DNA of 60,715 nucleotides, taken from positions 1 to 60,715 of the forward strand of contig CAYIBK010000002.1 in the NCBI GenBank assembly GCA_964361645.1, given 5' to 3'. Position 1 is the stretch's first letter, and each line of letters starts with the position of its first letter. The notes under the pieces were generated by a model that was not told the DNA's origin, made no database searches, and saw only the letters and a list, made by a program, of their open reading frames with translations. Position numbers and translations under genes: made by a program. This DNA comes from an uncultured Gammaproteobacteria bacterium. Its GTDB lineage: Bacteria; Patescibacteriota; Patescibacteriia; 2-01-FULL-39-33. Shown here in pieces: positions 52,712-60,715 of the stretch.

Positions 52712-53500
52712 GTGGGGATTTATTTTAAATTTATGTTTGATCAAAATCCCATCGCACCATCAGGCCCAGTGCCGGGTGAACCCAAAAGACAAGTCCCTCC
52801 GCCAGCTAATTTGCCAGGAACCCCTCAACCACCGCAAGTGGAAGATATTTTTTTGAAAACAGAAATACCTTCATCGGCTAAGATTTCTAGGCCAATACAG
52901 CCAGGCCAAGCTTCACAGATGCAGGTGAGCGGCGATGTTTTTGGCGGTAGGTCAGTCTGGGGCAATAAGGTTTTGTTGATAGTTTTGTCCTTGATTGGTT
53001 TGGCTATAATTGGCGGTGTGGTTTGGGCAGCGGTTAGTTTTTTCTCTGGTAGAGAAGAAATTGTTAATACTAATTTAAATACTAATCTTAACACCAACAT
53101 AAACACCAACACAGAAATCAATACCAATACCGAAATTAATGAGAATGTTAACACTAATACTGATGTCAACACCAACACCAACACCAATACTAATGCTAAT
53201 GAGAATGTTAATACCAATGAGAATACTAATGCCAATATAAATACCAACACCAATGTTCCTCTAGGCAAAGACAGCGATAATGATGGTTTAAGTGATGAAG
53301 AGGAAAAGCAGTTGGGCACCAATCCCAGTAATTTTGATACTGATGGCGATGGCCTAACCGATAGGGTGGAAGTTAGGATTTATCATACTGATCCATTAAA
53401 AAAGGATACCGATGGCGATAGCTATAATGATGGTGATGAAGTGGTTAATGGCTTTGATCCTACCAAGGGTGGTGGTGCTAGGCTATTTGATGTGCCTTAA
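52712..53500 (+). CDS. membrane-anchored protein with an Asn/Thr microsatellite linker and TSP3-like Ca-binding repeats
   Basis: Pro-rich N-terminus, one TM helix, a (NTN/NEN)n tract, then DSDNDGLSDEEEKQLGTNPSNFDTDGDGLTDRVE...DTDGDSYNDGDE. The start may be ATG 52733 rather than GTG 52712. Confidence 0.7.
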   Translation: MGIYFKFMFDQNPIAPSGPVPGEPKRQVPPPANLPGTPQPPQVEDIFLKTEIPSSAKISRPIQPGQASQMQVSGDVFGGRSVWGNKVLLIVLSLIGLAIIGGVVWAAVSFFSGREEIVNTNLNTNLNTNINTNTEINTNTEINENVNTNTDVNTNTNTNTNANENVNTNENTNANINTNTNVPLGKDSDNDGLSDEEEKQLGTNPSNFDTDGDGLTDRVEVRIYHTDPLKKDTDGDSYNDGDEVVNGFDPTKGGGARLFDVP

Positions 53501-53568
53501 TTAATAAAAAATAAAACCAGCCCACCAATGGGCAGGTAAAAAATTAAAAATTAGAAATTAATTTAAAT

Positions 53569-54618
53569 ATGTTTGGTTCAAAGAAAAATAATATTATGTC
53601 CCCCAATGCCACTTCTTCAAAAGAAGAGGTTTATGTTATGCCCGAAAAATTTCATCCGCAAAAATCACAGCAATCATCCAATAAAACATTAGCGATTGTT
53701 ATTATTATCTTGTTGTTAATAGCGGTTTCTGCTGGATCTTATTTTATGTATAACATGTGGCAAAACAATCAGAATCAAACCAATCAAAATGTAGCTATTG
53801 TCAACCTCAACACCAATGCCAATGAGAATATTAATACCAATGAAAATAGGAATTTGAATAATAATGAAAATATTAATACCAATGAAAACGTTAATGCTAC
53901 CACCACTTTGAATCTCAATGCTAACGACAATAGCAATAGCAATACTAATACCAACATCACTATCGATGAATTGGTTCCGCCTACACTTAGTGGTGATGCT
54001 GATAAAGACGGCCTGACTGATTTAGAAGAAGCTTTAATCGGTACTTCGCCCAGTTCACCGGATTCAGATTTGGACGGCTATATAGACAGTGAAGAGTTAA
54101 TTAGCGGTTATAATCCGATAATTAATCCCAATGGTGGCAAGCCATTTCGTTTAGCTGAAGCCGCCTTCATTAGTAAATTATCCACTAATTTCCCGGCTAA
54201 TAATTTTCAAACTTTATATATTAAAGGCTGGTCTGTTAGCTTGATTGAGGCCCTGCACGAAGCCAGAATAATCACTGGCACAGGGGAGATGATAAAAATT
54301 TCTGTCATAAACAATGATGATCAGATTTCAGCGGCTAATTGGTATCTATTTAATCATCCGCAAATTGCCCTAAGCCAATTGAGTAATTTGGAGTTTGGTA
54401 ATTTTAAAGGCGTGCGTTCACCCAACGGCTTATCTGTTTATATTACCGATCAAACTAGGTCTAAGATTTATGCTTTTGAATATGATTTAGATACTACGTC
54501 TGAATTCCGCTACCCCTCAATATTTGAAATGATCATTAGAAATTTCCAATTAATCAATGAGCCAATTAACACCAATACCAATACTAATTCATCAACTGCT
54601 ACTTCTACCGGGCTTTAA
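53569..54618 (+). CDS. membrane-anchored protein with an Asn-rich tract, TSP3-like repeats and a C-terminal globular domain
   Basis: One TM helix, an NxNxNEN tract, DADKDGLTDLEEALIGTSPSSPDSDLDGYIDSEELISGYNP, then a ~170-aa unassigned domain. Confidence 0.7.
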   Translation: MFGSKKNNIMSPNATSSKEEVYVMPEKFHPQKSQQSSNKTLAIVIIILLLIAVSAGSYFMYNMWQNNQNQTNQNVAIVNLNTNANENINTNENRNLNNNENINTNENVNATTTLNLNANDNSNSNTNTNITIDELVPPTLSGDADKDGLTDLEEALIGTSPSSPDSDLDGYIDSEELISGYNPIINPNGGKPFRLAEAAFISKLSTNFPANNFQTLYIKGWSVSLIEALHEARIITGTGEMIKISVINNDDQISAANWYLFNHPQIALSQLSNLEFGNFKGVRSPNGLSVYITDQTRSKIYAFEYDLDTTSEFRYPSIFEMIIRNFQLINEPINTNTNTNSSTATSTGL

Positions 54619-54627
54619 AACCAGACT

Positions 54628-55116
54628 ATGCTATTATTTGAAGTTAGCAAACAAACTAATATTTCGATTTCAGGCAAATGGCTTAGTGAGATAGCCAAAG
54701 CTTTCGATCAAGAAAAAAAATTAAAGGGCAAATGGTATTTTTCTTTGGCTTTTGTTGATAGTAAAACCATCAAACGTCTCAATAAGATATATCGAGGTAA
54801 AAATAAAATAACCGATGTTCTGAGTTTTGAGGAGGATTTCAAAAATTTTGTTGATTTGCCCATAGATAGAAAATATTTAGGTGAGATTGTCATTTGTGTG
54901 CCTCAAGCCAAAAAACAAGCTAAGGATATCAAGTGCAGTTTAAATAAAGAGATAGCTAGATTATTGGTGCACGGCCTAGCTCACTTATCTGGTTATGATC
55001 ATGAAAGGAATGGGCTAAAGGCAGCGGATAGGATGCTACGCTTTGAAAAAAGAATACTGGTAAAATTAAAAATTTGGAGTATATTTAAATTTGAGGAGGA
55101 GCCAATCGATTGTTGA
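54628..55116 (+). CDS. ybeY: rRNA maturation endoribonuclease YbeY
   Basis: Zinc motif HGLAHLSGYDHE (HxxxHxxxxxH). Confidence 0.9.
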   Translation: MLLFEVSKQTNISISGKWLSEIAKAFDQEKKLKGKWYFSLAFVDSKTIKRLNKIYRGKNKITDVLSFEEDFKNFVDLPIDRKYLGEIVICVPQAKKQAKDIKCSLNKEIARLLVHGLAHLSGYDHERNGLKAADRMLRFEKRILVKLKIWSIFKFEEEPIDC

Positions 55117-55206
55117 AATTAACACTGAACACATTTTTTATTCAATTGTTCACTTATTAACATTTGAGGTGAACAGTTTTTTTTACTATAATTAAAGTAA
55201 CTTGAA

Positions 55207-55275
55207 GTTTACCCTATTAAGCAGGCAACTTCGTCGCCAAAAATAATTCCATAATTTTTACTTAATAGGGTTAAC
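55207..55275 (+). repeat. ~70-nt palindromic element, family C, copy 1 (upstream of ftsA)
   Basis: gtttaccctattaag-caggcaacttcgtcgcc-aaaaataattccataattttta-cttaatagggttaac. The same-orientation homologue lies at 57912-57980. Confidence 0.75.
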
Positions 55276-55302
55276 TATCAATTTCTAGTTTAATATAAAT
55301 CC

Positions 55303-56553
55303 ATGCTTAGAGATAATCTAATAACCGGTTTGGATATCGGTTCTACTGCCATTAGAGTGGTAGTGGGCCAGAAGTCCAAGGGTGAAGAAAAATTGAAAAT
55401 CATTGGGGCAGTTGAAGTTCCAGCTCAAGGTATAAGCAAAGGCGTTGTTACCAGTGTTGAGGATGCTGTTTCTTCAATTTCTTCGGCTTTGGAAAAAGTT
55501 GAAAGAATGATCGGTCAGCCTATTGAACATGCTTGGGTGGGTATATCAGGCAGTCATATAATTGATCAGGAAAGCAAAGGAGTGGTAGCAGTTTCAAAAG
55601 CTGACGGCGAGATTAGAGAAGAGGATGTAGAAAGAGTTATTGAAGCGGCTCAAGCTATCGCCACTCCCCCCAACTACGAAATACTCCATGCTATTCCTAA
55701 AAGTTTTACCGTTGATTCTCAAACTGGCATTAAAGATCCAATTGGTATGAATGGTATCAGGTTGGAAGTTGAAACTCAGATTATTCAAGGACTCATTTCA
55801 CAAATTAAAAATCTAACCAAATGTATCTATAGAACCGGAATTGATATTAATGATCTAGTTCTTTCTATCTTAGCTACTTCGGAAAGTGTTTTAACCAATC
55901 GTCAAAAAGAATTAGGAGTGGTAGTGGTTAATTTGGGAGGTGCGACATCCAGCATGGCTGTTTTTGAAGAAAATGATGTTTTACACACGGCCATTTTACC
56001 CATTGGTTCAGATTATGTTACCAACGATATTGCCTTGGGTTTGAAAATTTCCATTGATGCGGCTGAAAAAATAAAAATCCGGGAAGGCAGTTGTTTGCCG
56101 GAACAATTTAGGAAAAATGATTTTATTAAATATTCGGAATTAGGCGCTATTGAGGATGGCGATTTTAGCCAAAAAGAAGTGGCAGAGATAATACAAGCCA
56201 GAATAGAAGAAATAATGGAGAGCGTTGACAAGGAATTGAAAAAAATAGGCAAATCTGGTATGTTGCCAGCTGGAGTTGTTTTAACTGGCGGCGGAGCTAA
56301 ATTAGAGGGTATTGTGGAAGTGGCAAAAAATATTTTGCGCCTGCCTGCTTCTATAGGTAATCCTCAAGAGTTGGTTTCAAATATTGGCAAGGTGAGTGAT
56401 TTATCTTTCACTACAGCCATTGGTTTGGTTTTATGGGGCAGCCAACTTCAGACTCGTGGTAGGCGAGGTGGAAAAATACCATCACAAATCGGCGGTAGTA
56501 TAGAGGGGATAACTAAGAAAGTAATAAAGTGGTTTAAAAATATATTACCGTAA
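55303..56553 (+). CDS. ftsA: cell division protein FtsA
   Basis: GLDIGSTAIRVVVG, the actin-like ATPase fold pattern, and VLTGGGAKLEGI. Confidence 0.95.
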   Translation: MLRDNLITGLDIGSTAIRVVVGQKSKGEEKLKIIGAVEVPAQGISKGVVTSVEDAVSSISSALEKVERMIGQPIEHAWVGISGSHIIDQESKGVVAVSKADGEIREEDVERVIEAAQAIATPPNYEILHAIPKSFTVDSQTGIKDPIGMNGIRLEVETQIIQGLISQIKNLTKCIYRTGIDINDLVLSILATSESVLTNRQKELGVVVVNLGGATSSMAVFEENDVLHTAILPIGSDYVTNDIALGLKISIDAAEKIKIREGSCLPEQFRKNDFIKYSELGAIEDGDFSQKEVAEIIQARIEEIMESVDKELKKIGKSGMLPAGVVLTGGGAKLEGIVEVAKNILRLPASIGNPQELVSNIGKVSDLSFTTAIGLVLWGSQLQTRGRRGGKIPSQIGGSIEGITKKVIKWFKNILP

Positions 56554-56618
56554 ATTAATTATTTAGATCTGCCAATAGGCAGTAATTAAAAATTAACAAT
56601 TAACAATTTTATAATTAT

Positions 56619-57803
56619 ATGCCAGAAGTAAGATTGGAAGTAGAACCATTCGCTAAAATTAAAGTCATAGGTGTTGGAGGATCAGGTGGCTCAGCTATCA
56701 ATCGCATGATTTCATCTAAAATAAAGGGAGTTGAATTCATCGCCATCAATACCGATGTTCAGGCTTTGCATCATAACGATGCCAGGCATAAGCTTCATAT
56801 TGGCGAAGCCACCACCAAAGGATTGGGAGCCGGTATGGACCCTAATGTTGGCTTTCAAGCTGCCCAAGAGAGCATTAATGATCTTAGAGATATCCTCAAG
56901 GGCGCTGATATGGTTTTTATTACTTGTGGTTTAGGCGGTGGCACAGGCACTGGTGCTTCCCCGGTTGTAGCCCAGGTGGCCAAAGAGATTGGCGCCTTGG
57001 TGGTAGCGGTGGTTACTAAGCCCTTTGCTTTTGAGGGTGCTCAAAGAAGAGAGATAGCCGAAAGAGGCTATAAAGAGCTAGAACCTAGGGTTGATACTAT
57101 TATCACTATTCCTAATGATAAAATCTTACAAATTATTGATAAAAAAACATCTCTTTTAGATGCTTTCAAAACTGTTGATGATGTTCTGCGCCAAGGCATA
57201 CAAGGAATTTCTGAAGCGATTACCATTCCCGGTATTATTAATGTGGATTTTGCTGATGTGAAGGCGATTATGAATAATTCTGGTTCAGCTTTGATGGGTA
57301 TAGGAGAGGCAACTGGAGAAAATCGAGCCGTTAGCGCTGCTAAAAAAGCCATTTCTTCTCCACTCTTGGATATTTCTATTGATGGCGCTAGAGGGGTTAT
57401 GTTTATTTTAACTGGCGGTCCTAATTTAACTATGAATGAAGTTAATGATGTTGGCTCTATCATAGCTGAAAGCGTTGATACTAATGCCAAGATAATTTTT
57501 GGCACAGTTATAGACGAAAATATGAAGGATAAAGTTAGGGTTACGGTAGTGGCTACTGGTTTTGATGATAATAGACCAGTTTCTACCCGCTCTACATCAC
57601 TAGAAGAACCTAAATACCATGTCAGCCGACTTTTTTCCAAGAAAAATATTGATGACAGAATTGAAGAGGCCAAAAAATCCATTGAACAACCAAGAGAAGA
57701 AGTTTCTAAACCAGTTATGTCAGAACCAAAGTCTAATAAGCGGGTAGTTTCAGAAGAAGATGATTTGGAAATACCGGCTTTTATTCGTCGTAAAATGAAG
57801 TAA
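56619..57803 (+). CDS. ftsZ: cell division protein FtsZ
   Basis: [17 protein letters not shown], the tubulin signature [13 protein letters not shown], and a C-terminal [12 protein letters not shown] peptide. Confidence 0.97.
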   Translation: MPEVRLEVEPFAKIKVIGVGGSGGSAINRMISSKIKGVEFIAINTDVQALHHNDARHKLHIGEATTKGLGAGMDPNVGFQAAQESINDLRDILKGADMVFITCGLGGGTGTGASPVVAQVAKEIGALVVAVVTKPFAFEGAQRREIAERGYKELEPRVDTIITIPNDKILQIIDKKTSLLDAFKTVDDVLRQGIQGISEAITIPGIINVDFADVKAIMNNSGSALMGIGEATGENRAVSAAKKAISSPLLDISIDGARGVMFILTGGPNLTMNEVNDVGSIIAESVDTNAKIIFGTVIDENMKDKVRVTVVATGFDDNRPVSTRSTSLEEPKYHVSRLFSKKNIDDRIEEAKKSIEQPREEVSKPVMSEPKSNKRVVSEEDDLEIPAFIRRKMK

Positions 57804-57806
57804 TAA

Positions 57807-57913
57807 AGCAAGTTTCTACTTGCGTCAATAAGAATGTCATCCCGAGCGACTTTTGCCGTAGGCAAAAAAAGTCGAGGGATCTAGCAAGTTTCTACTTACG
57901 TCAATAAAAATGT
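57807..57913. repeat. 31-nt direct repeats flanking a family B miniature palindromic repeat
   Basis: agcaagtttctacttgcgtcaataagaatgt (57807-57837) and agcaagtttctacttacgtcaataaaaatgt (57883-57913) bracket gtcatcccgagcgacttttgccgtaggcaaaaaaagtcgagggatc (57836-57881). Confidence 0.8.
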
Positions 57914-57980
57914 TTACCCCGTTAAGTAGGCAATTTCGTTGCCAAAAATCCTTTCAAGATTTTTTACTTAACAGGGTAAA
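57912..57980 (+). repeat. ~70-nt palindromic element, family C, copy 2 (downstream of ftsZ)
   Basis: gtttaccccgttaag-taggcaatttcgttgcc-aaaaatcctttcaagatttttta-cttaacagggtaaa. Confidence 0.75.
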
Positions 57981-58018
57981 TACCGATTAAAGCCAGAGGA
58001 ATCTAATTTTTAATTCTG

Positions 58019-58042
58019 CTCCCCAAGGGGAGTGGTTTTTTT
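58019..58042 (+). terminator. rho-independent terminator
   Basis: CTCCCC-aa-GGGGAG followed by tgg and a T7 run. Confidence 0.6.
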
Positions 58043-58092
58043 ATCCACAGCAGTATCAATATACTCACAAAAATACCTCTAAAAGTGATTTT

Positions 58093-58121
58093 TTGACACC
58101 CCCTTGGGGTGGGGGTATAAT
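58093..58121 (+). promoter_or_regulatory. consensus sigma70-type promoter upstream of nrdD
   Basis: TTGACA, an exactly 17-nt spacer (cccccttggggtggggg), then TATAAT. About 125 nt lie between the -10 box and the nrdD ATG. Confidence 0.6.
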
Positions 58122-58247
58122 TAAAGAATACTGGAGGGAAAAATAGTTTGAAATAGATCTATGGTTTGCAAATTATTTGTTTTCGCAAAACGCTCAGGGT
58201 CTATTTTTTCTTTTTAATCTTAGCAATAAATCACTATAAAAGTTGAT

Positions 58248-60293
58248 ATGGAGACTCAAATCAAGCAAATCAAAAAAAGAGATGGCACTATAGTCGATTT
58301 TGATCAGGCCAAAATAACTCAAGCTATTTATAAGGCCTTGAAAGCGGTTAATCGCGATGATCAGGACTTATCTTTCGAATTATCGGAAAAAGTTGTCAAT
58401 ATTTTAAATAACAAATTTCACCATCGTTCTGTACCAGCCATTGAAGAAATTCAGGATATTGTAGAAGAGGTTTTAATTAAAGAAGATTTGGTTAAAGCAG
58501 CTAAGTCTTACATTATTTATCGCGAACAACATGCCAGGTTGAGGGATTTGAAGAAAATGGTTAATTCCAACGATATTATTGACGGTTATTTGAAACAATT
58601 GGATTGGCGGGTTAAAGAAAATGCCAATATGAGTTATTCCCTTCAGGGTTTGAACAATCATGTCGCTTCAGCCATAAGTTCCCATTATTGGCTCAATAAA
58701 ATTTATCCCTTAGAAATCAGGGATGCTCATGTTGATGGCAGTTTGCATCTTCATGATTTACAGCTTTTGGCTGTTTATTGTTGTGGTTGGGATCTCCAGC
58801 AATTAATGAGAGTTGGTTTTGGGGGCGTCAATGGCAAGGTTAGCAGTAAGCCAGCCAAGCATTTCAGAGTGATATTGGGGCAGGTAGTTAATTTCTTTTA
58901 TACCTTACAGGGCGAGGCGGCTGGCGCTCAAGCTTTTGCTAATTTTGATACTCTACTGGCGCCATTTATCAGATACGACCATCTTGATTACAAAGGGGTT
59001 AAGCAAGCTATCCAAGAATTTGTTTTTAATGTTAATGTTCCAACTCGTGTTGGTTTTCAAACGCCTTTTACTAATTTAACTTTTGATTTGATTTGTCCTT
59101 CTACTTTAGCCAACGAAAATATAATTATTAGTGGCTTGCCACAAAAAGAAACTTATAAAGAATTTCAAGAGGAGATGAATATAATTAATCGTGCTTTTGC
59201 GGAAGTGATGATGGAGGGCGATGCCAAAGGGCGGGTATTTACTTTTCCCATTCCAACTTATAACATCTCCAAAGATTTTGATTGGAATAATGAACTTTTA
59301 AATCCTATTTGGGAGATGACGGCTAAATACGGCATTCCTTATTTTGCTAACTTTGTAAATAGCGATATGAAAGCGGAGGATGCCAGAAGTATGTGTTGCC
59401 GTTTGCGTTTAGATAATAGGGAACTGCGAAAAAGGGGCGGTGGCATCTTTGCGGCCAATCCTATGACCGGTTCAATTGGTGTAGTGACTATCAATATGTC
59501 TCGTATTGGCTATTTATCAGAAACTAAAGATGTTTATTTTAGCCGTTTAGGACAAACCATGGATTTAGCTAGGCAAAGCTTAAAGTTAAAGAGAGCTATT
59601 TTAGAGAATTTTACCGAGAGCGGATTATATCCTTATAGTAAATTTTATCTTGGTGATATAAAAGACAGATTTGGAGAGTATTGGAAAAATCATTTTAATA
59701 CCATTGGTATTAATGGTATGAATGAATCAGTTCTTAATTTTATGAATCGGCCGCTTAGCACCGAGGAGGGCCATGAATTTGCAGAAAAAGTTATGGATTT
59801 TATGTTGCAAAGATTGGGTAAATATCAGGAAGAAGATGACGAGCTTTATAATTTAGAAGCCACACCGGCCGAGGGTGCTACTTATCGTTTTGCTAAGAAA
59901 GACAAAGAATTATATCCCGATATAATAGTAGCCAATGAAGATGCTTATAAAGAAAAAGGGGCTGCTCCTTATTATACTAATTCCACTCATTTACCCGTGG
60001 GTTATAGCGATGATATTTTTGATGTTTTAGAAAAACAAGATTTACTCCAAACCAAGTATACTGGGGGCACAGTGGTTCATGGTTTTATCGGAGAAAAAAT
60101 GCCCAACATTGAAAGCACAAAAAACTTAGTCAAGAAAATCGCCGAAAATTTTCATTTGCCTTATTATACTCTAACACCGACATTTTCAATTTGTCCTAAG
60201 CATGGCTATTTGTCGGGCGAGCACGAATTTTGTCCTATATGTGATGAAGAAATAGGCTATATTCGTGAACAAGAAGAACACTTGCCTATTTAG
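58248..60293 (+). CDS. nrdD: anaerobic ribonucleoside-triphosphate reductase NrdD, main body (ATP-cone + barrel + zinc site), lacking the glycyl-radical motif
   Basis: N-terminal ATP-cone (IKKRDGTIVDFDQAKITQAI), core motifs (MCCRLRLD, NLEATPAEG) and C-terminal CPKH...CPIC. The ORF stops before any RVxGY motif. Confidence 0.9.
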   Translation: METQIKQIKKRDGTIVDFDQAKITQAIYKALKAVNRDDQDLSFELSEKVVNILNNKFHHRSVPAIEEIQDIVEEVLIKEDLVKAAKSYIIYREQHARLRDLKKMVNSNDIIDGYLKQLDWRVKENANMSYSLQGLNNHVASAISSHYWLNKIYPLEIRDAHVDGSLHLHDLQLLAVYCCGWDLQQLMRVGFGGVNGKVSSKPAKHFRVILGQVVNFFYTLQGEAAGAQAFANFDTLLAPFIRYDHLDYKGVKQAIQEFVFNVNVPTRVGFQTPFTNLTFDLICPSTLANENIIISGLPQKETYKEFQEEMNIINRAFAEVMMEGDAKGRVFTFPIPTYNISKDFDWNNELLNPIWEMTAKYGIPYFANFVNSDMKAEDARSMCCRLRLDNRELRKRGGGIFAANPMTGSIGVVTINMSRIGYLSETKDVYFSRLGQTMDLARQSLKLKRAILENFTESGLYPYSKFYLGDIKDRFGEYWKNHFNTIGINGMNESVLNFMNRPLSTEEGHEFAEKVMDFMLQRLGKYQEEDDELYNLEATPAEGATYRFAKKDKELYPDIIVANEDAYKEKGAAPYYTNSTHLPVGYSDDIFDVLEKQDLLQTKYTGGTVVHGFIGEKMPNIESTKNLVKKIAENFHLPYYTLTPTFSICPKHGYLSGEHEFCPICDEEIGYIREQEEHLPI

Positions 60294-60437
60294 CTTTTTA
60301 GGTATTGGGTTGTAGATTAGTTTATTTATTTCTATAATATATACATATATACATAATCAATCAATTAAAATTTAATTAATTATTTTGTGGTTAATTAGTT
60401 TATATACTAATAAGCTACAAGCTAAAAAACTAATATT

Positions 60438-60596
60438 ATGGAGGAGAACAAAAATAAGGAATTTAAAAGACAACCCTGTGAAGTCTATTCCCGAGTGGTA
60501 GGTTATATCAGGCCAGTGGCTTCTTGGAATCCAGGCAAGCAATCAGAATATAAAGATCGAATGACTTACAGCGTTTGCCAAGGCCAGAGTGCTTAA
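60438..60596 (+). CDS. stand-alone 52-aa NrdD C-terminal glycyl-radical segment
   Basis: MEENKNKEFKRQPCEVYSRVVGYIRPVASWNPGKQSEYKDRMTY... contains the canonical NrdD SRVVGY...W N.GK motif. No obvious SD lies upstream of the ATG. Confidence 0.65.
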   Translation: MEENKNKEFKRQPCEVYSRVVGYIRPVASWNPGKQSEYKDRMTYSVCQGQSA

Positions 60597-60605
60597 TTTT
60601 AATTT

Positions 60606-60715
60606 ATGTTAATCGGCGGATTACAACCCGTAACTCTATTGGATTATCCGCAAAAAGTGGCAGCGATTATATTTACTATTGGTTGTAATATGCGCTGTCC
60701 TTTTTGTTATAATCC
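60606..60715 (+). CDS. nrdG: anaerobic RNR activating radical SAM protein NrdG (5' part, truncated by the window end)
   Basis: MLIGGLQPVTLLDYPQKVAAIIFTIGCNMRCPFCYN... has the CxxxCxxC cluster and lies directly downstream of nrdD. Confidence 0.85.
   Translation, partial: MLIGGLQPVTLLDYPQKVAAIIFTIGCNMRCPFCYN

Noticed and set aside
58200-58247. NrdR box upstream of nrdD (TCACTATAAAAGTTGA)
   Set aside because: Only the left half (CACTATA) matches the palindromic NrdR-box consensus, and no second box is found at the usual spacing.
60297-60437. Group I intron or intein interrupting nrdD
   Set aside because: The spacer is only ~140 nt and almost pure A/T, with no recognisable P-helix-type G:C pairings. 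That is too short and unstructured for a group I or II intron, and an intein would keep a continuous reading frame. The split-gene observation is kept as a finding, but the intron mechanism is not supported by the sequence.

Overview
AT-rich, gene-dense bacterial window. By inference it resembles a reduced Patescibacteria/CPR-type genome: small housekeeping genes, many membrane-anchored secreted proteins and miniature palindromic repeats. No taxonomy search was run. The recognisable core is rplT-rpmI-infC, ssrA/smpB, glyQS, an M16 peptidase, a GT4 glycosyltransferase, parAB, rel, topA, dprA, pth, der, an LCP protein, lepB, hisS, rpsU, ybeY, ftsAZ, nrdD/nrdG and eleven tRNA or tRNA-like genes. 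No rRNA genes or CRISPR arrays were seen. Items that deserve a second look, in rough priority order: (1) 39809-54618 is a cell-surface locus. Two adjacent proteins (973 aa and 3271 aa) share a duplicated two-helix TrbC/VirB2-like pilin-type membrane module. That module is fused to very large extracellular mosaics (IPT/TIG, LamG, Cys-rich CGNG repeats, thrombospondin type-3 repeats, VWA). Two Asn/Thr-microsatellite plus TSP3-like proteins follow. (2) 28264-31867 holds an ePK-like kinase, a radical SAM/SPASM enzyme, a translationally coupled unknown protein, and two separately promoted Cys/His-rich mini-proteins; one is a triple tandem C-x4-C-x2-H-x5-6-C repeat. (3) nrdD ends before its glycyl-radical motif, which sits on a separate 52-aa ORF about 140 nt downstream. 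(4) Three tRNA genes are non-canonical: C33 in an initiator-like tRNA, C33 plus an AGG anticodon in a Pro-like tRNA, and a tRNA-like gene with a 13-bp anticodon hairpin. (5) Two tRNA-linked scars of integration are present, at tRNA-Asp and tRNA-Leu. (6) There are several families of miniature palindromic repeats and AT-only hairpin arrays. All coordinates come from hand-reading the sequence. No database search, RNA folding or composition calculation was run.
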